A stretch of 64,000 nucleotides of DNA from Lama guanicoe (Eukaryota). Below, in pieces: positions 12,895 through 26,120 of the stretch. Location of the stretch: NCBI GenBank assembly GCA_013239625.1, contig MU054220.1:1-64000 (forward strand), read 5' to 3'. How positions within the stretch are numbered: position 1 is the first letter of the stretch; each line of letters opens with the position of its first letter. The position numbers were made by a program, and so were the translations under genes. The notes below the pieces were generated by a model. The model had not been told where the DNA came from. It worked only from the letters and a program-made list of their open reading frames with translations, and ran no database searches.

Positions 12895-13110
12895 TAGCAA
12901 TTCATTTCTCTGGGGAAATGGCTCCAGGACACCTCTTCCTTCCCCCAGCGCATTGTTGCCCAAAACAGTGGATGCTTAAGTCCCTTATTCATAATTGCAT
13001 AGGGCAGTCGGACCTCCAGTCCAGGGGTTCCACATCAGCAGATTCACCAACCATGGATCTTGGATGAATCACACATTCAGGACCCACAAATATGAAGGGC
13101 AGATGGTATA
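12895..13110. mobile_element. MER2-like Tigger-family MITE
   Basis: GGATGCTTAAGTCCCTTAT and GGTTCCACATCAGCAGATTCACCAACC resemble recalled MER2-family consensus. Confidence 0.55.
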
Positions 13111-16100
13111 CTGGGATTTTACATAACATTTGACATTCTTCCCAAAGCATGTCTCTAATTTATCTATATTAAAATCTTGTTATTTTTTTCTAATTAGGAA
13201 AATGATAATGCTATGATAAATTCTCTTAGTCAAAATTGGTTTAGAATGATCCAATATTTTTAGGATAAAATATTAAAAAATAGAAATGAATAAAAGAATG
13301 TGTCTATTTTAAAATAATTTGCTTATTGCTAAATTATCTTCTTTTCCAGCACTGATTCTAGCAGAGTTGTATGTATTTCCATGTTGCCTCCAAATCAGGG
13401 TCCTCTGACCTTTCTCAAGATCGTTCCAGTAAGCCTTTTCCCCTCATTAGTCAGTGGAAAGTCCCCTTACCGATGTCGTGTTACTCAGCCTAACAGTGGT
13501 ATTTGCCGTAGCTCACCACTCCTTGGTTAACCTTCTCCACTTGAACTCCCCCCTCTCCTGGTTTTCCTCCTGCACCTTCCTTCGCAGGTTCTTTGCTGGC
13601 TCCTCCTCATCGCCTTGACATCTAAATGTTGGGGGGACATAGCTCAATTTCTTGCAGAGCTGTAAGCATGTCCATATTTTTCTGCAGGAACAGTAACAAT
13701 TATCCATACAGGTTTTACTTTTCCAAGCTTATTCTCTAAAAATGGTGTTTTCTCTTTTATGTATATTTCATCATTAGTAAACTATATATTAATCATTGGT
13801 AAAATTTATATTTTAGCAATAATTAAGCACATATTAGCAAAAGAAGAATCATCCTTTTAAAAAAATAACGAGCTTGGCATAGTTGGGAGTCAAACTGCCA
13901 AAAACTTTCTGAGAGATTCATTTATTGCTCAACAGTAATATATTAAATCCCCAGTTTGTGTCAGGAACTACAAATCAAGTGTCTAAAAAGAGACTTCTAT
14001 TTAGTTCTTTTTATTTTCTTTTTCTAAATCAGTTTACATTGAGCATTTTATTTTCTTTACCCAATTTTTGGCACTTAATTCCTAACGTACCTAGTTTCAG
14101 TCTTTCCTACTTAACGGCAAAGGAGTGTATGGCTCCGCATGAATGGTCTTCTGCATGTACCTTCATTCACATTCCTTTAGTTTTTATTGAAACACACACA
14201 CATATGCAGTTAGTTCCCTGAGACTTTTAACCTTCAGATTTGACTTATTCCTTCCAGCAAATTTATTTTATTCATTTTTCATGGAGTGACTGAATTTGAT
14301 GTCTTTTAATATAATGTTTTGATTGTGATAAGATTTTTTGTGTCCTGTTCATTTCTTTGGAAAATGATCAAACCAGAGTAATAAGCACTTTATCATAGTT
14401 CAGGTTATAACTTATATTCTGAACGCATGCAGAAACCAACCCTTTGCCCACTTATTGCAGCTCACAGACCATCACCTCCATCCAAACTGTGCACACGTGG
14501 TATATGCTGTCTTATACTGCCTGTAGATGTATTTCACATTTGCTATTGCAATCTTATTTCCATCTGAGTAGACCTTTGCCTTTCAGACATTTTTGGATTC
14601 CTTCATTCAGGGAAGGATTAAACCCATCACTATCCTTTCATACATTCTCGGAGGGCATTCCGCCCATAACATACGTCAAAAACCTTAATTGTGAAAAAAG
14701 TAGTAGTTTGACATCGAATTTGAAAATTTTTAATATGTGATTAAATTTCCAAATTTGGGGGAATTGGTCAATACGCAGTGTCTCTCCACAGAATTTAGAA
14801 ATTCTCAAGTGCCTATTGTTTGCTCGTGCTGTATAATATGAAAAAAATTAAGTCAGCGTTTCCATCTCTAGTCAGGCTGCAAAAGTTCAGAATATGTGGG
14901 AAAATTAAGAAAAATGCCATTTTTTTGTAGTGATTGTGATTCTCCTCTTGTTGATTTTAATTAAATAATTGCTAATTATTAAGTAAAGAGAAATTGATGT
15001 CAGTCATTGCTTATGTGTTAATGATGAAAGTCTCTCTGGGTCTTACTAGAAAATTCTTCATTGCCAACAGAATTCCCTACTGTGAATTGCTAGAAGTGGA
15101 TTTACTTGCTAATCAGTTTCAAGGGGCCTTATTACAATGCATTTCTCAGCTTTTTCATGGGACGTATTAACAGAAACCAATCTCAACAAACATAAAGTTT
15201 CAACTCCAGATTAATGACCATGCCATGTAGTTTGAATGTGCTGAAATAATCATCTGATTCCTCAGGGGCAGCAGTGTCCTCGACCTTGAACCTCTTTCTT
15301 CTGGGAGACAAGAAAGCCGTGGAAGAGAAGAAGATTTGGAGCAGGATCTGGGTTTGCACTCAGGCTTGTCTACTCTGTCCCCATGTGCACTTGGGAAGGT
15401 CATAAACTCTGAGCCTCAATTAAGAAATAAAAATACTACTTACAGCACAAGGCAAGTTTGAGGAGAAAACCTTTAATAGATATTACATTACTTTGCAAAC
15501 TGCAACCTGATGGTGCTGTGATGATTAGGAATGGAATGATCATGATGACAATTGTGACAACAGTGACTGAAGTTCATTAGGTATTTATTAAGTTCCAGGC
15601 CAGGCATCAAAAAGTTCTCCATACAGCACATCATGATTCCTCGCAAACACTATAATGTTGAAAAATGTTCCCCCATTTCAGATAAGAGAAGCCCAGAGAA
15701 TTTAAATAATTTGCCTCAAGTCACAACTGAGGAATGTGTTAGCTAGAATCAAGATTCAAGGTGGAGCTGCAGAATGGATATATAGTTCGAAATTAATCTA
15801 ACCCTAAAATTCTCAAGAATGTGTTATTATAGTGTCCCTTTTAGTATGTATAATAAAAATCTTGGATACTTCTCTTATTTGTAGTAATAGTATGAATATT
15901 GCTGTAAGTAGGTAGGTAGATATATACATACATAAATACATATATAAATATGCATTTATCATTACATTATGTTGTATATCTCAACCAAATAAATTATTTT
16001 TCACTCCTGAAGGAGAATTTCACTTTAACTATGAATCTCTTATCAAGCGAGCAACCTAACCCAGGGAATAGTAAGCTATGTAAGTGCATCGCTGCATTTT

Positions 16101-17864
16101 CTTATTTTTAAGATACATGCATATCATATAACATGTAATTTTTCATTCTGAATTTCATTTTTTATTAATTTATCTGTGTATCAGTCTCTTTCAAATTCAC
16201 TGCATGTCATTCCACAGTGTTAAGCCACTATCTTGTTTAAGGGAGCTCTTTGAAACGTATCTGACCGTATCAATCTTATAGATAAGACGTTCCCATTGTT
16301 TCTGTCTCCTATAGGATTCAGTCCAAACTCATTAACATGAAGGGCAACACTCTGCGTCCAGGGCCCTGTCTCCCTGACTCCCCTGTTCTTCCCTCTCCCA
16401 TCTGCCACACAGTGTCTCTCCTTCCCTGACTGTGACTCTTCTTCCTGTGTTTGCGTTTCCTGTGTCACTGAAATGCTTTCCCACAGCTTTTCCGTTCTGC
16501 ATAAATGTCTCATTCCTTCTCATCTTCTCACTACAAGCTCAAAAGATAACCTTGTGGTACAGTTTTTTTCCAAATTACCTCAATCTTCTCTTTACCTGAC
16601 CCCCAAGTGGAAGGGGGGATGTTCGACCATTTCTCAGTATCCTCTCCGACTTCCTTGTGTCAGTTACATTTTTCACACTATGTTGTAATCTGCATGTTCC
16701 ATATGTCTCTCCTCTCACTCAGCTGTGAGCTACCTGAGGGCACAGACTCTGACAGAGTCATAACTTTAACTTCAGTAATTTATATAGGGTGACAATGAAG
16801 GTTATTATTTTGTTATTTTAGTAAACACTGAGCTAATTTGAATAAAATCTAAAAGAAAATCAGCTATGTATTATAGTATCATTTCTAAGCCAAAAATTCT
16901 TTTCCTTTAGTGTCTTTTTATCTGATTATTTTTAATGTATGTCTTAGTTCAATACACATATAAGTAATAGGTCTCACACTGTTGTAAATAAGTTTCCTCA
17001 GTTATTTTTTCTACATTTCTATTATAATGGGGTGTCATATGGGGTGAAGTTTTAATTATTCTGATTGATTGATTTCCTTGGGGTTTGCTGATCACATTAT
17101 TTGTAAAACATATTTTTACTTCTTCCTTTTAAAAAATCTATCCTTCATCCCTGATAGGCCTTAGAGGCAGGTAAGAACTAGTTTCTGGAAATCGGTTTGG
17201 TTAGATAAGGCTTCAGATTTCAAAGGTCTTTTTAATCCGAAATGCTTATTAAAGGATTGATAGTTCCCTTTTAACTAAGAACAGAATTCATTATGTCTTT
17301 TGGAATCAAGACCAGTGCCCTCTGCTTTAAAAGCCAAATCTTCTCTTTGTTGACATATATTAAATCCTGTTTCTAAATCTTAGTTCTAAGCTCTCCCTTA
17401 GTCAGATTCAGAGGTATTAATTTTAAAGGACAGTTTCTTGCTTATTTAGAAAATATTTTGAAGGTATATACATACATATATGTACATAAATATGCATTTC
17501 TTATTTTTCCTGAGTAAACATTTTTTGGCCTCTATGATAATACTTTTAACAGAGATGTGCTAATATTTCAAACCCCAAAATGATGCTACTTATAAATTTT
17601 AACAAATTTTAATCTTTTTACTAAAGAAACTAATTATTATATAATCAACTCTTTATTATGGAAATTTTCAAACATGTACAACATTCGAAGATTTGATAGA
17701 ATAATCCCCACCCCCCCACCAGAAAGGCTGCCGGCCTCAGCGTGTCCACTCATGGTCAGGTAGGTTTCATCCCGCCCTCTTTCCCAATCTATTAACCCCC
17801 AAAGATATTTTGAAGTAAATTTCAGACTTTACACCATTTCATCAAGTGATGTTCTCCAGGCACA

Positions 17865-18300
17865 GGCCACCAGGAACCCGCAGCCACAGTTGTGTTGCTG
17901 TTGCTTGCTGCAGCTAGAAAGCTCACACACCACGGCAAACAGGGGCATCTCAGTAAGAAGTCTTAGGGACCGGCCTTTCTAAGAGATTTCAACCTATGAG
18001 GTCATTTACAACAGGGTTCAAGAAGGCACGGTTACACTTTCAACTGGCTGATGTCAAATGAGTTGGTATGTTAATGGTTCCTGTTTAGAAAGTGGATATA
18101 TTGGAGGAAGGCGAAAGCTTTACGTGGTAGAGCAGCAGCAGTCCCTTGTGCTGGCCGGATGGACAGAGCGTCTGACGGTTCGGTGGTTTAGGCAGCATTA
18201 CTGGTTTTGCCTGTGCTCTGCCGTTATTACAGAGGGATCCTGCCTTGCCTCACTTCACCAGCTTTACCACGTAAACTTTTCTCATATTCACGTTTTGGGA
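17865..18300. mobile_element. Old LTR-like element, family not assigned
   Basis: GC-richer island containing CACCACGGCAAACAGGGGCATCTCAGTAAGAAG, resembling ancient eutherian LTRs; termini not resolved. Confidence 0.35.
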
Positions 18301-18469
18301 AATCACTGATATTCTGTAACAGAATGCTACGGCTTAGCTTTTAGTGCCAGACCACGTAGATCCCGTTCTATTGGCTGCATCCACCCAGATCTGGCTACCG
18401 GGCATGTGTGGGAGATACAGTGGGTATGACTGTGCTTTGGAGCAGAGCAGGGTGGAGAAGGGTAAATGA

Positions 18470-18705
18470 AGGGTTATGTCTCTGGAGTCTGTCATAAGCA
18501 TGGCTCTTCCACTGACTCGGTGTGTGACTTTGACCAAGGTGCCCGACCTCTTTGTCCTCTCTGTACTTCAGTGCTTCCCTTGTAAACAGAAATACTGATA
18601 GTATTTATAACATAGAGTTCTTCTGAGCATTACGTGTACTAACACACAGACTGCTTGCAAGAGTGCCTGCCACAATATAAATGACCCTATGTAAGTGTTT
18701 GTGGA
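18470..18705 (+). mobile_element. MIR SINE
   Basis: Core-like CTCTGGAGTC...TGTGTGACTTTGACCAAG...TGTAAA...AGAGTGCCTGCCACA. Confidence 0.6.
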
Positions 18706-18733
18706 TATTAATGTTACTAATGTTACTATGCTC

Positions 18734-18851
18734 TTTTTTGGGGGGTGGTAATTAGGTTTATTTATTTATTTTTAATGGAGGTACTGGGGATTGAACCCAC
18801 AATCTTGTGCATGCTAAACAAGCATTCTACCACTGAGCTATATCCTCCCCC
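18734..18851 (-). mobile_element. tRNA-derived SINE (camelid Vic-1 type)
   Basis: Reverse complement reads GGGGAGGATATAGCTCAGTGGTAGA (A box)...GGGTTCAATCCCCAGTACCTCC (B box), then a (AATA)n tail and AACCTAATTACC; same family as 20419 and 41437. Confidence 0.88.
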
Positions 18852-19152
18852 TAAGGCTATTAAAGATGGTGATGTTCTTTTATTCACTCCTAGCTGGAAA
18901 TGGAGAGAGATAATTACATAAGGTTGAGGAGCCTTACTTTGCTCATCTGTTTAAATGACCGCATTAAACTAGCTGATCTCAAATGTTTCAATTGAGGGTG
19001 ATGCAAATAATTAGTGGTGGGAACTCGGAAATTTGAAAGCAAGGGTTGGAACACAATCTTGACATCTGGTGGTAAGTTGTCTTTCCATATGCTTATAACT
19101 TACTTTTCAGAGTGCTTATGTATTCAATTATATATGAATTTACTTATTTGAC

Positions 19153-19183
<31 letters not shown>

Positions 19184-19544
19184 TTCAATAAGGAACCGTG
19201 TTAGTAGTCAGGGATTCAGTAGTCTGCAAAATAGACACAGACCCTGTCTCATAGAACTGACATTCTATTGGGAGAGAGACTTAAACAAACAGTTAGACAA
19301 AAGGGCATTTAATCATAAACTGTGGTCATTCCTTTCAGGTAGAGGTACACAGTGATGAGAAAATATAACAGAACCTCAGGAAGTTCAGGTTTCAGCAAAA
19401 CGTCCCTTAGAAAATGATGCTCAGTTTGAATTCTCAGGTAAGAGTTGACAAAAGGGATGGGAGATGGGACATTATCTAAGAGAGAAGAAACAGTGAACCA
19501 AGTTTTGTGGCAGGAGGAAACTTAGGAGAAGAAGCGATGGTATA

Positions 19545-20190
19545 GTCACTAAGAAAGCAGTGTAGAGGGTCCTCAACAAATTAAAAATAGAACTTCCATA
19601 TGATTCAGCAGTCCCACTTTCAGATAATACATATATAATCAATATATCATTATATGCATACATATATATATATATATAAAATCATTGAAATCAGGATCTA
19701 GACTAGATATCTTGCTCCCATGTTCATTGCAGTACTAGTCACCATAGCCAACACATAAAAACAACCTAAATGTCCATCATTGGATGAATGGATAAAGAAA
19801 ATGTGGTGGGTACGTAGAGTGAAACATCACTCGGGCTTAAAAAAGAAGGAAATCCTGCCACGTGTGAAATCACGGATGAGCCTGGGGGATATTATGATGG
19901 GTAATATAGGCCAGTCCTAGAAGGACAAATGGTGCATTGTTCTACTTCTGTGAAGTATCTGAAATAGTCGGTCATAGAAACAGAGTCGGACGGCAGTGGC
20001 CAGGGACTGGGAGGAGGGGTGAATAAGAGTTGTTTAATGGAAAGAAAGTGTCAGTTTATAAGACAAGTAGCTCTAGAACCTGGCGTGCAACACTCTGTAT
20101 CTAGTTAACACTACTGTACTGTGTACTTCAAAACTTAGCAGCAGAGATCTCATGTTAAGTGTTCTTCATACAATTAAAAAAAGAAACAAG
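19545..20190 (+). mobile_element. Old L1M 3' end fragment
   Basis: AAATTAAAAATAGAACTTCCATATGATTCAGCA, AACCTAAATGTCCATCATTGGATGAATGGATAAAGAAAATGTGG, then 3' UTR and an A-rich end. Confidence 0.85.
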
Positions 20191-20418
20191 ACAAGGAAAT
20201 TGTGGTATCAACGACAGGAAGTGAGATAATGTACACATTTTGAAATTTCAGAAGAGATCCAACTAAGACTGGAAAAATGTTTACTGTATTTATTAATAAT
20301 GTGAGCGTCAGGCTAGAAAGGAGCGGCTTCAGTGGTGTAGGGAGAAGCTGGATGGAAAGGACAAACATGTACAAGAAATTGGAACAACTGCATGATTTCT
20401 TCAAGAATTTGGGCTACT

Positions 20419-20556
20419 AGAGGGGGTGGGTATAGCTCAGTAGTAGAGCATATGCTTAGTATGCATGAAGTCCCAGGTTCGATCCCCAGTACTTCCATTA
20501 AAAAAAAAAATAAATGAATAACCCTAATTACCTCCCCTGCCCACTTAAGAAAAAAA
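20419..20556 (+). mobile_element. tRNA-derived SINE (camelid Vic-1 type) with 16-bp TSD
   Basis: GGGTATAGCTCAGTAGTAGAG...GGTTCGATCCCCAGTACTTCC, A tail; TSD AAGAATTTGGGCTACT (20403-20418) / AAGAATTTTGGCTACT (20557-20572), one mismatch. Confidence 0.92.
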
Positions 20557-20583
20557 AAGAATTTTGGCTACTGCTCTGAGCTG

Positions 20584-20587
<4 letters not shown>

Positions 20588-20614
<27 letters not shown>
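20588..20614. repeat. (CA)n microsatellite
   Basis: Directly visible. Confidence 0.9.
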
Positions 20615-20616
<2 letters not shown>

Positions 20617-23133
20617 CTGAAATTGGTTGGAAAATGATTTTCTAGTTTGAAAATTGTGGAAAAAGCTGGATTTCACCATTAATAATAATACATTTCCCTT
20701 ATTGTGTAGATTCACCAAGAGAGACTCTGACACTGTGGTAGAAGTAGTTCTGTTTTTCAAGTAAGTTCTTGGAGTATTTTCATTTTATTTATTATTCTGA
20801 TTTGTCTTACTTTTTAAGCAAATATCTTTTGAATACTAACTACTTATCATAGAGTTTGCTGGGCTATTTGCATACATTAACTCATGAAACATTCACAAAA
20901 ACATAAAAGATGTATCATTTTTACTTGATTTTACAGTTGAGGAAATTGAGACTTAAAAAAAAAACGAATGTGGATGTTGCCCACATTCTCATGAGTTCAG
21001 TTATCCAAAATTTAGATGCTGGTCTTAGTCTTTCACATAACCTGATTTTCTTATTCAAATGAACCAAAGTTTACTGGTTTTTTTTTTTTTTTTAATGCCT
21101 GTAGTATAGCCTTCTTTAACTTTCCTGGAGATTGACTGATATACTTGAAGTATAGTTCCTTCAAGAATACAGGTAATTTTTTAATCCCCAATATTATTTG
21201 TCCAGCTCATCTTACTTCCAGAAAAACAGGGAAGGGAATATTACCACATTCAGGTATCTCTAGAGGTTCAAGTTTAGACTCAGAGGGATCTAGGAACTAA
21301 TAAATCACCCGAACAACTTCAGAATGAGCTCTCTGGGAGCCAGGATCTGGCTAAGCAGTGAGTCATACGGAGTTTGTACACAGAGTGAATCGTCAACCCT
21401 CCAGCCACAAGCTGGCTTCCCGTTAGAGACATCTCCCCTTGGTGAGCTGTGGCATTTAATTGAGCCAGTCTGCTTTTAGAGATAATGCCTCTAACATCGT
21501 GATTGCATTTCTTACTTTCATACCCTCTCCTTTGCAGTTCTTTGTAAAGGATATCTGGTTGTACTTAAAATACTGCATCAATCTTCTCATCTCTTCCTCC
21601 CTTCACTCTGTCTTTATCTCTCTCTTTTACACACACACAGACACAGACACAGATACATTAAATGACCTTATATTGAGTTAACCAAATAGAATTACCCTCC
21701 CTCCTGCAGTGGTACCCACAGAAGAGAACAGCTCCTCTTCTAGGTGGATGGATTAGAAATACGAGAGTAGGTGAGATTTCCTGTCTAAAGTTGTCCCATG
21801 GGAGTGGGTCACCAAGAATGGCTGTATACTTAGGGGTAGGTAACAATGCTTTCTGAGTCCATTTTTGGTCTTTGGAAACACCAAACATAAGGTAAAAAAT
21901 TCCTTCTCAAATAAAGAACGGATGCTCACTGTTATCTTTAATGTAAAATAGAAATTGGTATTTCATTTCTCTAATATTGCTTCTCAGAATAGGTATTTGG
22001 CCTCAGGTTGCACTCTAAACAATCAGACTCAAACCAGTGCATCCCAGCCTCTTCCCATGCCATGTCATGTTACTTGCATTGTTTTGGGATACACGGAGGG
22101 AGCGTCTGATGGCTGAAGAAGTCGCCAGGGCTGCACATGTGCAGTGCACTGGCGGTAAACAATGCCTCTGCAGGCTCTGGTACAGAGATCAAGCTCCGTG
22201 TAGCTGGAGAATGAAGGATGCTTGGCTTGGAAAAGCCACTGTGGACCCTGGCAGAGCACCGGGCAGGACATGGTATCACTAGGTAGTAAGCATATCAGGA
22301 AATTTCTTGATTAATAGAGCAGAGAATAAGAAAGAGGGGGTGTCTCAATGACCACTTTTTTCTTTCTTATAATTAAACACAATTGTGCAAGCCATCTCTG
22401 TGTAAAAGTAATTTATTTTTACTACTGAAACTATTTCTTTGGTTATTTTACCTTATTTCTTAATTTACTTCTTTAAAATTCAGATGAACTCACACACACA
22501 CACACACACACTGATTGGAATTTTATTCTTGTAACCATAAGTTACTATAGATTCTATGTATTATAATAGTAAAATATTTCTGTTTGCATTAAAATTAAAA
22601 TTATTTTAGTATAAACTGATTAAAATACCCTATAAACTTCCAATTTTTATGATTAATCATTAAACATAAATTTCACTTTTGTTTGAAATTTGCCTTATTA
22701 ATTAGATAGAAGTGTTTTGCTGAAAGGAATTAACTAAATGCCTAAACTGTTTAGAACTCTGAATAGTTTTATACTTTGGAGAAAGGAATCATATAAGATT
22801 TCAGATGAGTGAGAAATATTTTCATTTGTAAGCTGGGTGAAGGCTGGACTTTGAAAAGGCAAGATAAAAAAGGACCAAAACCATAGGTGCTCTCAGGCAA
22901 TCATTTTCACAAAGAGACAGACATGGGAAGTGGAGGTACTGAAAATTAATCTTCTTAAAGCTGCTCTTGTCCTCCTAATCCTTGGTGAGTCTTTTCATAT
23001 GAAAAAAAAATAGGCATATTCTAAGTTGAATTTGACTGGCATGATGGACTCATTCAGTCATAGCTTGGGCAAACAAACCCAAGAGAAACAAGTAACTTTG
23101 GAAGTATGGGTGAGTTACTCCTGCCATTCAAAC

Positions 23134-23616
23134 TGTGGACTGAAATAAACGCACAACCTAAAAGTTGAGTTACGTTTCATTCGGTGGACAATTCTGAGGA
23201 TGCAGCCCGGGATGACAGCCTCTCAGATCACTGAGGGACTGCTCTGAAGAGGTAGGGGAGGGGCTAGGATATATAGGAGCTTTACAGCAAAGACCAGGTA
23301 GTTGGAACATTAAAAGATTGCTTGTTAACGAAAGAAAACCAGGCATCTCAAGTTAAAGAATTTAGCGCTTTTCTGTGTATGGGAAGAAGCAAACATTTGG
23401 GCTCAGTGAATTCATTCCTTTGACAAGCATCTAGCCACTTAGGGCCAGCATCCTGTCCTTTCTTATTCTGCGTCCCCCCAGAGGGCACCACTGTGAGTGG
23501 CTTCAGAGACCAGGCTGCAGACTTGTCTTCACTGGGGGGTGGCGGCAGCTGCTGATGACTTGATGGCTTCAGCATTCTCTGTTTACTGATATGGTTTGCA
23601 GTATTTTTCGTTCACA
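23134..23616 (-). mobile_element. Solo LTR, ERV1 class, MER41-like
   Basis: TG...CA termini (TGTGGAC...GTTCACA) with flanks CAAAC/CAATC; internal TCTCAAGTTAAAGAATTTAGCGCTTTTCTGTGTATGGGAAGA and GACAGCCTCTCAGAT resemble artiodactyl MER41-related LTRs. Confidence 0.78.
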
Positions 23617-23641
23617 CAATCATTGAATTTGTTCTTTCGAC

Positions 23642-23808
23642 TACTGATTCTCAAACATGGCTATCCATTAGAACCACTGGGGAGCTTTAAAAATGCTGAT
23701 TCCTGAATGTTACCCAGATGTTCTGAATAAATTGGTAGAGGGGTGCCTGGATATTGGGATGTTAACAACTTCATAGGTTTCAACGTGCAGTCAGATTTGA
23801 GGCAAAAC
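23642..23808. mobile_element. MER5A-like hAT MITE
   Basis: TTCTCAAAC...CATTAGAACCACTGGGGAGCTTTAAAAATGCTGAT...GTGCAGTCAGATTTGAG. Confidence 0.65.
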
Positions 23809-26120
23809 TCACTTAGGGAAAGATGCAATGAAGCAAGAAACACGTTGCTCATTAAAAATATTTTGGGGTCAAATGTGTCAATGCTTTAAGGATTTCCCTC
23901 AAAATTGATAGAGTGTGGGAATGTCTGAATAAATGGTGAGGCTTTGTGTGGTAACTGCTTCAGAGCAATCTCAGAAACTAACTGGAGCCTACGAAGAAAC
24001 ATTACTTTTAAAAAACAGAGGAATTAATAAAATAATCTAGAAAATTGTAGATTAGGTGCAAAATCATAAATGCTGCACTCTTTCAGCATTTTAAAGGTTT
24101 TCATAGGTAACTTTGTTTCCATGTAATTTTTAAGTTTTTTAAATTTGGAATCCAAACTCCAGCTTCACATGCAGCTCCATTATATATAAACTTCATTTTT
24201 GTACCATTAATTTGCTGCTTAAATATTCCCCTTAATAGTAAGTACCTACCATAGTTAATGTTCTCGTTGATGCATTTATTTTCTTACTGAGCTGATTTGA
24301 CATGTATGTTGCAACCACCACAATCCTGAAGTTACATAAAATAGAAAACAAAAGAAACTAATGCACAGGTGGCCTTTGTTATTTTAAGTAAAATTTTATG
24401 ATAGATTATCAATCAACCTCTTCCTCTGACCCCATTTTTCAGCAAGGGGTGGTCTGCTTAACTTTTCCATTGTGTGGTAGCCTTTTCATTATTCTCAACT
24501 AGCAGTCAAACCATGTCTTCACAGCTGGAATTGATATAAAAGACTGTGAGAACACGTTGAGTATGTGCAAGCCCTGTAGAGAACCCTTAACTGAGAGTGT
24601 TCTTGAGTGAAACAGTTATTTACCAGGAGGGACAGCATGACATAATAACATTTTAGAAGCTCAGGCTTCTGCAATTTTACCTTGGCAAAGCACATGGAAA
24701 TCTTAGCAATCTTTAAGAAACTACAGGTGTTGTGTTTGTCTTCTCTAAGCTTGAAACGTTAGGTTCATACTATAGACAAATGGATATATCTGCCAGGATG
24801 GTTGCACACTGGGCAGCATAGTTTGATGTTTAGGAATATGGGCTTTGCAGTCAGACAAATCTGATCACCCCCATACTATACCATGTGACCTCTGGGACCA
24901 TAGCTCTAAGCCTGGGTTTTTTTCAATTGTTAATCAGGGATGATGGGATAGAATTTCATCATACTCTCAGTCAAAGACTATCGTAAGTTAATTCATGTTT
25001 TGCGCAAGTTAGAATATCTGATAAGGGCAGTCCTCAGCAGCAACAGATAAATACTTACAGCAGCAATAAATAAAATTAAAATATGAAGGAGTTCGAAGTG
25101 ATGATCTTTCGAGGCTCCTTTCTTTGTTAATATTTTATGGTTCCATTTGGTGGGAAAATAAAGCCAGGGGCAAAAATAAATTTCAAATAGACTAACGTTG
25201 GGCTTAACGAGATTAGTCCTTTTGTTTTTCAGAGCTGGCAGAAATAAAAATAATTGCAATTTTTCAGAACTGTTCATCAAGAACGCTACCCACCTGTATA
25301 TGTTTCCAGAGAAGTTTGATTACAACTGGCTGTTCTTTAGGATACGTTGCTAAAAGCGAAACCTACTAGAATAAGATTTTGGGTGTCGCAAGTCCTTCAA
25401 GCACACTGACACATATTTATGGGGAAGGGGTTTATCTACATATAGTTTAGAATAAGTTATCTAATAAACTACTTAATGGTAACTCTTTGGGCAACAAAGT
25501 TCAAAGTGTGGTTAATTTTGAATTGGAAAGAAAAACATGTCTCCTTAATTTTTATGCAGATAAAATTGGATGCTTTCCCACAGTTCTGGTTAATTTCCTT
25601 AAGCATCCAGTCCTTACTCTGTAAGTCAGGGAAGGGACGCAGGAAAGTGAGTCGGTCACAGATCACTCTGATAATTTTTAAAACTGTTGGAATGTACACA
25701 AAAATGAAAAACGGGAATATAAATTTGCTTTTATTTATAAATTATGTATTTTTGTGCTGTGCTGCCATATTTATATGTGCATAGAAAATTTAGGGGCACC
25801 AAAACTACTGAAATATTACTGGTAGCTGTCTCAAGTGCTTTCTTTCAGATAATATTTAAGTTTAACCAACATTCTCGCATCGTTTCTAAAATCACAAAAC
25901 AAAATAATGCTTAAAGGTGTATTCTGAGAGCAAAGAACTCGTTCCCTGGGGCAAGAATGGCATGTCGTTGGAGAGCTAAGGTGTCCTTTTTCCCCACAAG
26001 GTAACACAATTCAAGGCTAGAAGATGCTAGTGATCACCTCCCCCAACACTGGCACAGGCCATAAAAATATCATTCTTGTTCTTCATCTCATAGCAAAATC
26101 TGCAACCTTCATCAGACTCA

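Noticed and set aside
20422..20497. tRNA-like sequence (also at 18775-18851 and 41437-41512)
   Set aside because: A-rich tails, a shared non-tRNA 3' segment and TSDs show these are SINEs, not tRNA genes
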